Shown here one piece after another: positions 1 to 9,537 of a stretch of DNA of 64,000 nt. The notes beneath the pieces were generated by a model. It was not told the origin of the DNA. It saw only the letters and a list, made by a program, of their open reading frames with translations, and did not search any database. Location of the stretch: positions 17,218 through 81,217 of the forward strand of contig JBGPUE010000002.1 in assembly GCA_041491005.1 (NCBI GenBank), in the 5' to 3' direction. A program made the translations under genes and the position numbers. Within the stretch, counting starts at the first letter, position 1, and each line of letters opens with the position of its first letter. This DNA is from Candidatus Binataceae bacterium (GTDB lineage Bacteria > Desulfobacterota > Binatia > Binatales > Binataceae).

Positions 1-1186
1 CTACTTTCAGGCCGCCGATATCGTCAGCCAGGTTCTGAACTTCGGCTTGTCGGGTCCCATCGACGTCCAGGTCTCTGGACTCGATTTGAACCAGATCCAC
101 GGCGTCGCGCAGGACATCAAACGCTACATGCAAACAGTGCCGGGCCTGACCGACATTCGCATCCAGCAGCTGCTCGACTATCCGACCATCCGGCTCAATA
201 TCGACCGGGCGCGGGCGCTGGAGCTGGGCGTCAGCATGAACGACGTCGCGTCGAGCATGCTCACTTCGCTGAGCTCGAGCTTTCTGGTGTCGCCGAACTT
301 CTGGCTCGATCCGCGCAATGGCGTCAACTACAACGTCGCGGCGCAGACGCCGCAACACATAATCAGCTCGCTGGGCGCACTCGGCAACACGCCCATCGCG
401 CCGGCGCAGCGGGACGGCACGCGGCCCGCGGCGCAGTTCTTGTCCAATCTCGCGACCGTCAGCCACGACGTCATTCCGTCATCGATCTCGCACTACACGG
501 TGCAGCGTACGATCGACGTCAACTGCAACGTCGAGGGCCGCGACCTGGGCAGCGCCAGCGGCGCCGTCGAGAGCTACGCGAAGGCGATGAAAAACCTACC
601 GCCCGGCACGCGCATCAAACTGCTCGGACAGAGCGACGCGATGCGCGAATCGTTCGGCAGCCTCGGTCAGGGCCTGATTCTCGCGGTCATTCTCGTTTAT
701 CTGCTGATGGTCGCGAACTTCCAGTCGTGGCTGGAGCCGTTCATCATCATGCTCGCGGTCCCCGGCGCCCTCGCGGGCGTGCTCTGGATGCTGGTGCTGA
801 CTGGTACGACGCTCAATGTCGAATCGCTGATGGGCGCGATCATGGCGGTGGGCGTGGGTGTCGCCAACGGTAACCTCGTGATCACTTTCGCCAACGAATT
901 GCGCGAGCAGGGTTACAGCGCGATCAACGCGGCGATCGAGGCCGGGCGCATCCGACTTCGGCCCGTCATCATGACCGCATTGGCGATGATCCTCGGCATG
1001 TTGCCGACCGCGCTCGGCAAAGGGCAGAACGGCCCGCTCGGCCGCGCAGTGATTGGCGGGCTGATACTGGCGACTCTGATGACGCTGTTCGTGGTGCCGA
1101 CGGTATATTCGATCTTCGGCCGCAACCTTATTACCAAGGCGCAGCGCGACGCCGAGGTCGATGACGCTAATCTGCCGGGCGCCTAA
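1..1186 (+). CDS. RND (AcrB/CzcA-type) efflux permease, C-terminal ~390 aa, 5'-truncated by the window edge
   Basis: Frame is open from the window start. Translation carries the conserved AcrB C-terminal transmembrane motifs (PFIIMLAVPGALAGV, VVPTVYSIFGR). The real start lies upstream of the window. Confidence 0.85.
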   Translation, partial: YFQAADIVSQVLNFGLSGPIDVQVSGLDLNQIHGVAQDIKRYMQTVPGLTDIRIQQLLDYPTIRLNIDRARALELGVSMNDVASSMLTSLSSSFLVSPNFWLDPRNGVNYNVAAQTPQHIISSLGALGNTPIAPAQRDGTRPAAQFLSNLATVSHDVIPSSISHYTVQRTIDVNCNVEGRDLGSASGAVESYAKAMKNLPPGTRIKLLGQSDAMRESFGSLGQGLILAVILVYLLMVANFQSWLEPFIIMLAVPGALAGVLWMLVLTGTTLNVESLMGAIMAVGVGVANGNLVITFANELREQGYSAINAAIEAGRIRLRPVIMTALAMILGMLPTALGKGQNGPLGRAVIGGLILATLMTLFVVPTVYSIFGRNLITKAQRDAEVDDANLPGA

Positions 1187-1200
1187 GGCTCGCGGGAACC

Positions 1201-2349
1201 ATGGAAGACGATCCGAGGAAATACGTTCCCGAATGGCCGGGCGGCCGCTTCGCCGTCCGCTGGGTTAGCGCCGTCGTCATCGCGCTGGTTGCGATGGGCG
1301 GGATGGTGCTTGCGCGCGAACTCCGGATTCGGTCGCAGACCGAGGATCGAGTTCAGGCGCTACAGCGCGGGCCGCGGGTGCTGATCAAGCCGCTGCGGCG
1401 CGCGGCGGCCGAGCGCACGCTCAGGGTTCCCGCCGACGTGCATGGGTATGTCGAGACGCCGATCTACGCGAAAATTCCCGGCTATCTGAAGACCATGCTG
1501 GTGGACAAAGGCGATCGCGTGAAGAAGGGGCAGCTGCTTGCGCTGCTGCTGTCGCCCGAAACCGATCAGCAGGTGGCCAACGCCGAGGCCGACCTGCGCA
1601 TCAAGGATCTCACCAATCGCCGCTACCAGGACATGGTCAAGTTCGATGCCGCTTCGCAACAGCAGGCGGATGTCACCCGCGCCGAATGGCTCCAGGCGCA
1701 GGCAACACTGCGCCAGCTCAAGGCGATGCAGGGCTATGAAGGGATTCGTGCCGACTTCGACGGTCTGATCACGGCGCGCAACGTCGATCCCGGCACGCTG
1801 ATTACCCAGACCACGACCAGCACCGGCTCCGCACCGATGGCGATCGTTTCGATGGCGACGATGAGTCCGCTGCGCGTGTACGCATACCTGCCGCAGCGCG
1901 ACGCGCCGCTGGTGAAGAACGGCGACGCCGCCGCCGTCACGGTATACGAATATCCCGGGCGAAAATTCGAAGGCGCCGTGACGCGCCATCCCGAGGCGCT
2001 GAGCCGCTCCACCCGCACGATGTTGGTCGAGGTTGACTTGCCCAACCGGGATCTCGCGCTCTATCCCGGGATGTACGCGATGATGGAGCTGCAGGTGGCC
2101 GGGGCGGCGGGCGCGCCGATGGTGCCTGACGACGCGCTCATCTTCCGCGACGCGAAGACCTGGGTGCCGATCGTGCAGGGCAACCGCTTGCGCGTCATCG
2201 AGGTCAAGCTCGGCTACGATGACGGCCAGTACTCAGTCGTTGCGGAAGGTCTCAAGGGCGATGAGATGGTCGCGATGAACGTCGGGCAGACCGCGCGCGA
2301 CGGCGAAGTGGTCGAGCCGGTCGCCGCACCTCCCGACAAATCCGGCTAG
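1201..2349 (+). CDS. RND efflux periplasmic adaptor (membrane fusion protein, HlyD family)
   Basis: 382 aa with an N-terminal TM segment, a biotin-lipoyl-like and alpha-hairpin region (VPADVHGYVETPIYAKIPGYLKTMLVDKGDRVKKGQLLALL), and a beta-barrel C-terminus. Starts 15 bp after the RND pump stop. Confidence 0.75.
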   Translation: MEDDPRKYVPEWPGGRFAVRWVSAVVIALVAMGGMVLARELRIRSQTEDRVQALQRGPRVLIKPLRRAAAERTLRVPADVHGYVETPIYAKIPGYLKTMLVDKGDRVKKGQLLALLLSPETDQQVANAEADLRIKDLTNRRYQDMVKFDAASQQQADVTRAEWLQAQATLRQLKAMQGYEGIRADFDGLITARNVDPGTLITQTTTSTGSAPMAIVSMATMSPLRVYAYLPQRDAPLVKNGDAAAVTVYEYPGRKFEGAVTRHPEALSRSTRTMLVEVDLPNRDLALYPGMYAMMELQVAGAAGAPMVPDDALIFRDAKTWVPIVQGNRLRVIEVKLGYDDGQYSVVAEGLKGDEMVAMNVGQTARDGEVVEPVAAPPDKSG

Positions 2350-2472
2350 TGAGGGAGCTTAAGTCGGCGTCGCACGACTGTCCCTGGCGGGTTCTAGCCA
2401 GGCATCTGCAGACCATTCCAGTTTGATACTGCGGCGGATCGCGATAGCCCCCCATTGGGTATTTGCTCACCG

Positions 2473-3273
2473 TCACGCGACTGGAGCGGCTTCTGCTGGC
2501 GATCGCAGATTCAGCGCCGGTCGCAGCCCGATCCCATAGTCGGCTTCAAGGTCGTAACGGCGCCCGTGAAGGACGCCTTCACCGTTGGCGATCACGAGCT
2601 TGCGCGCTCGCACGTCTTCGATCCAGCGCGGATGCGACGCTTCGGCGCGCCGGTTCGCGATCGCGCGCAGGTGCGCTGGTTCATCAATGCCGACAGACAT
2701 CTGCGCGTAATCATGCTCGATGCGCCTCCGCACTGTCTCGCCGATGCCACCGTTCTGGACGCGGATATCGAACATCAACGCCACCGCCCGCTCGCTCATC
2801 ACGCCATGGGCGAGGGATAGCGCCCGCGCTGTCGCGAACATCCCGGCCGCATGCCGCAGTTGTATCGCTCGGAATTCCGGCGATCGTCCGAGTCCGGTGA
2901 ACATCACGCGCCAGGGCCCGGCGATCGCATGACGCGCATCCTGAATTGATCGCGCCCATCGCAGCTGCTGGGCGCGCGGCGCGGTGAGCATGTTTCTGAA
3001 TTCGGCGGCGCCCGCGCCGAAGATCTTGTCGACAAGCGCGGCATGGAGCGTGGCCATCTCGATTAGCAACTGCTGCAGGCTGCCCTCGCCCAGATTCCAC
3101 TGGCATGCACCCAAGCTTAGTCCTTGACCGTCGAAATCGCCGGCAATCCCGGCGAAGCAATCCGGCGGCGCAAATCCGGTCTCGAATGAACCCGTCAGCG
3201 CGAGGCAGCGCATCGCGAGATCGTCCGATCGGAGATCGACTACACCACGGGCACCCGTCGCGCCGGACGCCAT
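2473..3273 (-). CDS. hypothetical protein, possibly a lysozyme-like fold glycoside hydrolase (GH46 chitosanase-like pattern)
   Basis: 266-aa ORF with coding-like composition. The E...(18 aa)...D spacing and the GIAGDFDGQGLSLGACQWNLGEG segment recall GH46 N-terminal catalytic motifs. The family assignment is speculative. Confidence 0.35.
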   Translation of the reverse strand: MASGATGARGVVDLRSDDLAMRCLALTGSFETGFAPPDCFAGIAGDFDGQGLSLGACQWNLGEGSLQQLLIEMATLHAALVDKIFGAGAAEFRNMLTAPRAQQLRWARSIQDARHAIAGPWRVMFTGLGRSPEFRAIQLRHAAGMFATARALSLAHGVMSERAVALMFDIRVQNGGIGETVRRRIEHDYAQMSVGIDEPAHLRAIANRRAEASHPRWIEDVRARKLVIANGEGVLHGRRYDLEADYGIGLRPALNLRSPAEAAPVA

Positions 3274-3339
3274 CCTGAATGCCCCCCTGGAATGTACTGA
3301 CTGCCAGCGGTTGCGTACCGAAAAGCCGCCGGCGGCGCG

Positions 3340-3990
3340 CTATGCGCCCTGTTCAGTATCGACCTGCCGCACCTTCTGCTGGAGCTGCTTGACCAGCTCG
3401 GGAAAGCCCTGGTTGTTGATCACGCGATTAAACTGATTGCGATAGTTGCCGACGATGCTGATATCTGCGACGAGCACATCGTAGACCTTCCACTCGCCGT
3501 CAACCTGCCGCAGACGGTAGTTGATGTTGACCGGCTTGGCGCGGCTCGGGACGCTGACCAGCGTATTGACCTGACTGTAGCCGTCGCCCTCGGAGACTTC
3601 CTTGAGGTACTCGATGGAGAGGCCGTCTGACTGTTGCTGCGCTTTGGAGAAGTTGCTGCGGTTCAGATAGATGCCTTCGAGCAGGGTTGCGAACAGCTTG
3701 GTGAATTGCTGGCGATCTTGGTCGTTGAGTTCCCTCCAATGGACGCCGAGCGCCGAGCGCGACATCTCGACCGTGTCCCAGCGGACTTCGACGAGCTGGC
3801 GGAGCTTTTCGCGGCACGACTGCGCATCGGCCTTACAGTCGGGATTGCGCAGGATCGTGAGCAGCTGATCGCCCAGCGTCTGCATCGTCGCCAGCGGCCC
3901 GGCAGATGAAGCCTCGGTGCGCCCGGCTCTGAATGCGCCCGTCGCGAGCGCGATAATCGCGACAGCCAGAAGTGCCTTACGAACAACCAT
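3340..3990 (-). CDS. mlaC: MlaC/Ttg2D family phospholipid-binding periplasmic protein (ABC transporter auxiliary component)
   Basis: Signal peptide MVVRKALLAVAIIALATGAF followed by a toluene-tolerance Ttg2D-like domain (RWDTVEMSRSALGVHWRELNDQDRQQFTKLFATLLEGIY). Start chosen at the Met immediately before the signal peptide. Confidence 0.65.
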   Translation of the reverse strand: MVVRKALLAVAIIALATGAFRAGRTEASSAGPLATMQTLGDQLLTILRNPDCKADAQSCREKLRQLVEVRWDTVEMSRSALGVHWRELNDQDRQQFTKLFATLLEGIYLNRSNFSKAQQQSDGLSIEYLKEVSEGDGYSQVNTLVSVPSRAKPVNINYRLRQVDGEWKVYDVLVADISIVGNYRNQFNRVINNQGFPELVKQLQQKVRQVDTEQGA

Positions 3991-4195
3991 ACCCATCACC
4001 TTACCGTCACCCTTTTTCATCAACCCCCGCAGTTCCACATCATATCACACCGATCAGCCCTCGCGAGGTACACCCTGCGCTTCAAGACGGGTTCATTCGT
4101 GTTTTCATTTGGTCGGCTGTACAGGTTGGTGTTTCCATCTGCCGCGCGAGCGGGCCAGAATCCCGCGCTCGTCCAAGATTTAACGCGGGTGATAT

Positions 4196-4627
4196 ATGCT
4201 GCCGGCCGTGAATCGCATCTCATATCGCGCCAAGCCCGCGGCCTCCAACGCGGTCCTCAATGGCTTGTTCAAGGCGAGCTGGCCGAATCACCGGGCGCGC
4301 GACTTCCAGCCCATGCTGCGCCGTAGCCTCACTCATGTGTGCGCCTACGATGCGCGGCGGCTGGTCGGCTTCGTCAACGTGGCTTGGGATGGCGATAAGC
4401 ATGCGTTCCTGCTCGACACCACCGTGCATCCGTCGACACGTCGGTGCGGCATCGGCAGCGAACTCGTGCGTCGCGCGGCGGAGTTAACGAAGCAGGCCGG
4501 CGCCGAGTGGCTGCATGTGGACTTCGAAGCTGAGTTGACGCATTTCTATCGCGTGTGCGGCTTCCGCAGTACGAGAGCCGGGCTGATCCATTTGTCGGGA
4601 GCCGTCATCCAGCGGCGTGCGAAGTAG
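4196..4627 (+). CDS. GNAT family N-acetyltransferase
   Basis: 143 aa with a GNAT acetyl-CoA-binding motif (LLDTTVHPSTRRCGIGSELVRRAAELTKQAGAEWLHVDF). Confidence 0.7.
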   Translation: MLPAVNRISYRAKPAASNAVLNGLFKASWPNHRARDFQPMLRRSLTHVCAYDARRLVGFVNVAWDGDKHAFLLDTTVHPSTRRCGIGSELVRRAAELTKQAGAEWLHVDFEAELTHFYRVCGFRSTRAGLIHLSGAVIQRRAK

Positions 4628-5228
4628 TCGCTTGAGGCTGCCTCGCGATTTCTATGCGCGGCCAGTCCTGATCGTCGCGCGCGAGTGCATCGGCAAGGTT
4701 CTGGTTCATCGCACGCCCGAGGGTGAGGCGGCGGGGCGGATCGTCGAAGCCGAGGCCTATCGCGGCCCGCTGGATCGCGCCGCGCATAGCTGGCGCGGAT
4801 TGACGAAACGGACCGCAGCGATGTTCGGCCCGCCGGGATACGCCTACATTTACCTGCTCTATGGAACGAGCTGGGCCTTGAATCTGGTCGCCGCATCGGA
4901 AGGCGAGCCGCATGCGGTGTTGATTCGGGCACTGGAGCCGCTGCGCGGACTGGAATTGATGGCGCGGCGTCGAAGCAGGTTTGCCGATTCGCGCGATCTG
5001 ACAAATGGTCCGGGCAAGCTGACTCAAGCCCTCGCGATCACTGGCGCTGACTACGGCCGCGACTTATGCGGGGAGGAACTTTTCCTCGAAGAGCCGGAGC
5101 GTCCGGTCGGGAGGATAGGACGCTCGATGCGCATCAACGTGGAATCCGCCGGCCGCCCGTGGAATGAGAAGCCGTGGCGCTTCTACGAGCGCGCCAATCG
5201 ATACGTGTCGGTCCGCCCCCGCGATTGA
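4617..5228 (+). CDS. mpg: DNA-3-methyladenine glycosylase (Mpg/AAG family)
   Basis: 203 aa. N-terminus LPRDFYARPVLIVARECIGKVLVH and GPPGYAYIYLLYG are typical of Mpg. Its last 102 bp are repeated at 9538..9639. Confidence 0.8.
   Translation: MRSSRLRLPRDFYARPVLIVARECIGKVLVHRTPEGEAAGRIVEAEAYRGPLDRAAHSWRGLTKRTAAMFGPPGYAYIYLLYGTSWALNLVAASEGEPHAVLIRALEPLRGLELMARRRSRFADSRDLTNGPGKLTQALAITGADYGRDLCGEELFLEEPERPVGRIGRSMRINVESAGRPWNEKPWRFYERANRYVSVRPRD
5127..5228 (+). repeat. Direct repeat copy 1 (3' end of mpg), ~88% identical to 9538..9639
   Basis: atgcgcatcaacgtggaatccgccggccg...cgcgattga is found twice, encoding ...RINVESAGRPWNEKPWRFYERANRYVSVRPRD* here and ...RINVESAGRLWNEKPLRFYERANRYVSLHPRD* downstream. 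Confidence 0.9.
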
Positions 5229-5383
5229 TATCTGCCGCTATCCGACAGATATCCGTTGGACCCATGGCAAGTGATATTGAGCCTACGCCTTTTTAGTTCG
5301 CTAGATATAAGCTTTGAAAGGTTGACTTTCTCTTTTAGGCCGATAAGTTGCGTCTACGCTCGCCGATGCGCTGAATCACCTGA

Positions 5384-8300
5384 ATGGCGGCGAAGCCGGA
5401 AGTTCGAAGGGATATGACTGGTAACTCCACCGGAAAGGCAAGGATTCTCGCGGCGATTGGACTTACTATCGCCGCTTTGCAAATCGGTGGTTGCACCTCC
5501 AGCGACGAGCCGCAAACGAATACTGGCAATAGCGCGATCGCCGGTCTGTGTTCGGCCGCCTTCCAGCCAGCGGCGAGAGTCACGTCGGGACGTTCTCTCT
5601 TGGGAGTAAGGGGTGCCGCCGAGATTGTCGCGCCGGTTCCGCTTTCAGGATGTTCCAAGGACGCGAACAACAATGTGACGATCGGCTCCGGCGGTTGCGG
5701 GCCCAACGTCTACGTCGACCAGTCGTTCACCGGAAGCCAAAAATTGGGAAAGATAACCATCGCATCCGACGGCGGACTGGCTTTCCTCCACGATGGATCC
5801 TTCGACCTCGAAACGACCGGTATCGAAGTCAATGGCCTGCTATCGGTTGGGACTTCGACGTGCTCGGTCGGAAACGACAGCATCAACGACAAGATCACGA
5901 TCAGGTTTCTCGGGTCGAAGCCAACGTCAGGCACCGATCATAGCAAGGGAATCATCGTCAACAGCGGCGGCATCCTGCGGATGTTCGGCAGGAAGGGAGT
6001 GCCCGTCAATACGAAGCAGGTAGGCATCAGCTGGACGTACCTGGCGGATGCGGCGGGGCCGGCGACGCCCGGCGCGGGCAGCGCGCCAACCGGAACGACC
6101 GTCCTGCAATTGGCCGATCCAGTCGATTGGCAGCCTAACGATTGGATCGTCGTGGGAACCTCGACCTTCAGTCCGTTCGAAAGCGAGTTCGTGCAAATCC
6201 AGACCGTCACGCCCCGTCCCGCAACCACCAACTTGCCGGCGGGAAGCATGATCACCCTCAATCCAATAACGCCGCTGGTGCATTATCACTTCGGCGGACC
6301 CGCTCCCAGTGCAGGCGCGTCGAACCCGAATTGCAAAGACCACGATGACAAGCTGATTCCCGCGTCGTTCTGCGATGGTGCGGACAGGAACTACGGCGTG
6401 GACGAACGCGCCGAGGTCGGGCTTGTCACCCGCAGCGTCAAGCTGACCTCTGATACCTCCAGCAGCGCCCATTGGGGCGGCGAGATCATGGTCATGGCGG
6501 GTTTCAAGGAAGTATCGATCCAGGGGGTCGAAATCGAGAAATTCGGCAAAGACCAACTCGCCAGTTATCCAATCCACTTTCACAAGGCCGGCGCGCTGGT
6601 CAACCCTCCCGACGCGCCGATTGTCACGGTCAACGCGAACAGCGTTCATCACAGCTACAACAAATGCATGACCATTCATTCCACCAGCAACCTGACTATC
6701 CAGAACAACGTCTGTGCGCGGATCGTCGGGCATATCTTCTACGAGGAAATCGGCGACGAAGCTGGCATCAGCTTTCAGAATAACCTGGGCCTCGGCGCGA
6801 TGAGCCACTATTTCGGCTTGGCGCCCAGCGTTCCCCTCAATCCCGTTACCAACAAGCCCAAAGACTTTTGGGAGGGTGACTACCTCGGCAACAACATCGG
6901 TTACGACGGCTTCGGCATCCCCAACACCGATGACCAGACCAATCCGACACATAGCTCCTGCTACACGTCCAACGGGGCGGGTGGACTCGCCTTCGCGAAC
7001 CTGGTGCCCTGCACGGCGACCCAGTACTACGTAGAGCCCGCCAGCGGATTCTGGCTTGTCAACCCGAGCGCCGTGCTGCAGGGCAATTCGATTGGCGGAT
7101 GCCAGGGCGTCGGCGTCGGTTACTGGTATCTTCCACCATCAGACCCGCCGACGCCGGTGACAGTCCCGCCGACGCCTCCGATTTTGCATACCGAGAAGTT
7201 TCAGCCGGTTGGTTTGTTCAAGAACAACCGAGCCCACGCCTGCTACGACGGCATCTTTGGCGAGACCCAATTTGGCGTGAAGTCGGAGCAACTGCAGCCG
7301 CGCGTGGGCGGGGTCAACGCGGGGAAGTCGCTGATCGCCAGGTTTGACGGATTCACCTCGACGCGCAATCGCGACCGCGGCGTCTGGATGAGACCGGTCT
7401 GGTTTCTCTTCGAGAACGCCCGGCTGGCAACCAATCGCGACGATGTTTCGCTCTTGAGCTCAGGCGGAAATGACGGCAACGGCCCCGGCGTATGGGCGAT
7501 GCTCAAAGATTCGGTGCTGGTCGGACTGAGCCGCAACAATGTGGATCGCTTCGGGCCGTGCCCAGCCAACGCGGCACAGAGCTTCGGATGCGTAGACCAC
7601 AATCCGCAAGCAAACGACGAAGTTGAGAGAGGCTATCCCATCGCCCGTTGGAACATGGCGGGCTACTACATCTACGATGGCCCAGTCCGCATGTTTCACG
7701 ACCGCTTCGTCAACTTTAACAAGACCATCGCTCCGAGCTTGACGACGGCTGATCAAACGACGCTTGCGGGCTTCACTAACTATCCAAATGCCAACACCTC
7801 TGGACCATACGAGGGCGACGCCGCATTGGGATGGTTCCAGAACAATCAGAGCGCATATCCTACTGCGACCGTAGCCCGGGAACTGGTCTTCGAAAACGTC
7901 GATCTCCGGCATCAGATCTTCACAGAAAAGGTCAACTTCGGGAACTTCGATGACGGCGACAAGAACACCGCGATCCTTGATGAGGACGGTTCGCTGACCG
8001 GCTTCCAGGCTGTCAACAGCACCGGCGTGCAGGTGCCGACCCTGATTCCGATCTCGCTCAACAATCTTCCGTTCAACGCTTCGTCGAACTCGGTGGATGA
8101 GTGTCACGCCCAAGGCGGACAGGATGGCGCCCTCGAAGGTCGGCCGACTTCGCTGATCTCGCCTGGGAACATGGGAACGCTGGAATTTGGCGCGCTCTTT
8201 CCGGCCCGTGATACCATTCCGATCCCGCCCACGGATTCGACTCAGCTGATGACGTTTGCGAAAGACTCGACTGACTACGGCGCCCATCAGACGATGACCC

Positions 8301-9457
8301 TGCACAGCCGCAACGGCCAAGGCATCTGGGAACCCAAGGTAACCAGTGGCTTTGGCTATACGATCAGCGCGGCCCCGGCGCTCGACAAGAATATTTATCC
8401 AAACACCAGCGGCAAGGCGGGTATTCCGAACCTGGTTGATGTCGGCGTGGGTGACGTCGTGAAGCCCGGCATCAGCAAGGCCAATCCGTTCTACGTTCGT
8501 CTCGGCATCTGCTACACGAATCAGGACGGCAGCCATCCAGCGGCGGGACATTTCACTATCACACGCGGCTACAAGTCATACGGCGGCAATGCCGTAAATC
8601 AGAGCGACGCTGATCTTCAGCTGTTGTTCAACTACCTCGACCAGCGCTTCCAAGGGCAAACCTGCATCAATCTCGACGACGGCAACGCGCGCAATCTGGA
8701 CCCGAACAATCTCGGGAAAGGATGCCCGGCCAATGGCGTCACTGCCAAACCGACGGGAGGATGCCCGGCCGATTCAAGCGCAGGAACGGCCCAAGACAAC
8801 AACCCGGCCTGCATCTACTCGATCCAGTGCACCCAGGGCGATCCGAATTGCCCATGCCCGGGCGGGGGTAGCGCCTGCGGCCGCACGAGCGACGCGAGCA
8901 ATCCGATGCTTCCGATCGATGCCGCCAACACGATGACTCCCGCTGACGACATCAAGGAGTTGACCAATACCGACGGTACTTTCAAGAATCTCAACGCATT
9001 CTACTACGATCAAACCACCGGGATGCTTTTTTTCTACGTCACCCAGGATTCGCCCAATGCGTTTGGAGCGTCACCGCTGGGCAGCTGCAGTAATCCGCCC
9101 AATCCGGCGACCGATGATCCGGCTTGTCCAAATCTCAGTAAGGGGGAGAGTTACTATTCGTGCCCGAAGCAGGGCTGCACTACGTATATCGTGAAGCTCA
9201 ACGATTCGACCTACAATCCAGGACCGTCAAAGTGCCCGAGTACCGATCCGACTGCGATCTACGGCGTCAGCAGCGGCATATATGCTCAGCCTGTACCGCC
9301 GAATCAGAACAAGCTGGTGTATGTCGAGAACATCAGCAACGTCGTCACGCGGGTTCAGCCCGATCCGCAGGTATCAGGGCAGGGCTTCCAACATTCGGTG
9401 GCGGCAGCCAGTCCGGTCTGCCCCAACCCGACGCCGACCGCCACGCCTGGACCGTGA
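5384..9457 (+). CDS. Very large (1357 aa) lipoprotein with a G8-like domain plus parallel beta-helix (CEMIP/TMEM2/PKHD1-like), Pro/Thr linkers and Cys-rich C-terminal modules; putative secreted polysaccharide-active enzyme or adhesin
   Basis: Lipoprotein signal with lipobox (LAAIGLTIAALQIGGC). Residues ~100-210 look G8-like (ITIASDGGLAFLHDG...ITIRFLGSKP...IIVNSGGILRMFG). Beta-helix-type stretches follow (HHSYNKCMTIHSTSNLTIQNNVCARIVGHIFYEE). The C-terminus is Cys-rich (CPANGVTAKPTGGCPADS...CIYSIQCTQGDPNCPCPGGGSAC). GC and codon usage are lower than in flanking genes. Confidence 0.6.
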   Translation: MAAKPEVRRDMTGNSTGKARILAAIGLTIAALQIGGCTSSDEPQTNTGNSAIAGLCSAAFQPAARVTSGRSLLGVRGAAEIVAPVPLSGCSKDANNNVTIGSGGCGPNVYVDQSFTGSQKLGKITIASDGGLAFLHDGSFDLETTGIEVNGLLSVGTSTCSVGNDSINDKITIRFLGSKPTSGTDHSKGIIVNSGGILRMFGRKGVPVNTKQVGISWTYLADAAGPATPGAGSAPTGTTVLQLADPVDWQPNDWIVVGTSTFSPFESEFVQIQTVTPRPATTNLPAGSMITLNPITPLVHYHFGGPAPSAGASNPNCKDHDDKLIPASFCDGADRNYGVDERAEVGLVTRSVKLTSDTSSSAHWGGEIMVMAGFKEVSIQGVEIEKFGKDQLASYPIHFHKAGALVNPPDAPIVTVNANSVHHSYNKCMTIHSTSNLTIQNNVCARIVGHIFYEEIGDEAGISFQNNLGLGAMSHYFGLAPSVPLNPVTNKPKDFWEGDYLGNNIGYDGFGIPNTDDQTNPTHSSCYTSNGAGGLAFANLVPCTATQYYVEPASGFWLVNPSAVLQGNSIGGCQGVGVGYWYLPPSDPPTPVTVPPTPPILHTEKFQPVGLFKNNRAHACYDGIFGETQFGVKSEQLQPRVGGVNAGKSLIARFDGFTSTRNRDRGVWMRPVWFLFENARLATNRDDVSLLSSGGNDGNGPGVWAMLKDSVLVGLSRNNVDRFGPCPANAAQSFGCVDHNPQANDEVERGYPIARWNMAGYYIYDGPVRMFHDRFVNFNKTIAPSLTTADQTTLAGFTNYPNANTSGPYEGDAALGWFQNNQSAYPTATVARELVFENVDLRHQIFTEKVNFGNFDDGDKNTAILDEDGSLTGFQAVNSTGVQVPTLIPISLNNLPFNASSNSVDECHAQGGQDGALEGRPTSLISPGNMGTLEFGALFPARDTIPIPPTDSTQLMTFAKDSTDYGAHQTMTLHSRNGQGIWEPKVTSGFGYTISAAPALDKNIYPNTSGKAGIPNLVDVGVGDVVKPGISKANPFYVRLGICYTNQDGSHPAAGHFTITRGYKSYGGNAVNQSDADLQLLFNYLDQRFQGQTCINLDDGNARNLDPNNLGKGCPANGVTAKPTGGCPADSSAGTAQDNNPACIYSIQCTQGDPNCPCPGGGSACGRTSDASNPMLPIDAANTMTPADDIKELTNTDGTFKNLNAFYYDQTTGMLFFYVTQDSPNAFGASPLGSCSNPPNPATDDPACPNLSKGESYYSCPKQGCTTYIVKLNDSTYNPGPSKCPSTDPTAIYGVSSGIYAQPVPPNQNKLVYVENISNVVTRVQPDPQVSGQGFQHSVAAASPVCPNPTPTATPGP

Positions 9458-9503
9458 TGTCCGCCGGGATTCGAGCAGCGCTTCGCGTCGATTCCTTCCG
9501 TTC

Positions 9504-9531
9504 TGGTGGGCGGTGCAGGGATCGAACCTGC
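9504..9531 (-). repeat. 28-nt partial copy of the tRNA-Val 3' end (att-like remnant)
   Basis: tggtgggcggtgcagggatcgaacctgc is identical to the 3' 28 nt (including CCA) of the tRNA-Val at 10474..10548, in the same orientation, and diverges immediately afterwards. Confidence 0.8.
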
Positions 9532-9537
9532 AACTAC

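Noticed and set aside
1-2349. RND pump followed rather than preceded by its adaptor gene as a possible rearrangement
   Set aside because: Gene order in RND operons varies. The adaptor starts 15 bp after the pump stop on the same strand, consistent with a normal operon (possibly pump-adaptor or part of a longer multi-pump locus).
5927-8551. Long antisense ORFs inside the giant lipoprotein gene (e.g. 5927..6952 and 7460..8551, minus strand)
   Set aside because: High-GC DNA generates long stop-free antisense frames. These have Arg/Ala/Gly-rich low-complexity translations with no motifs, and they fully overlap a well-supported gene.
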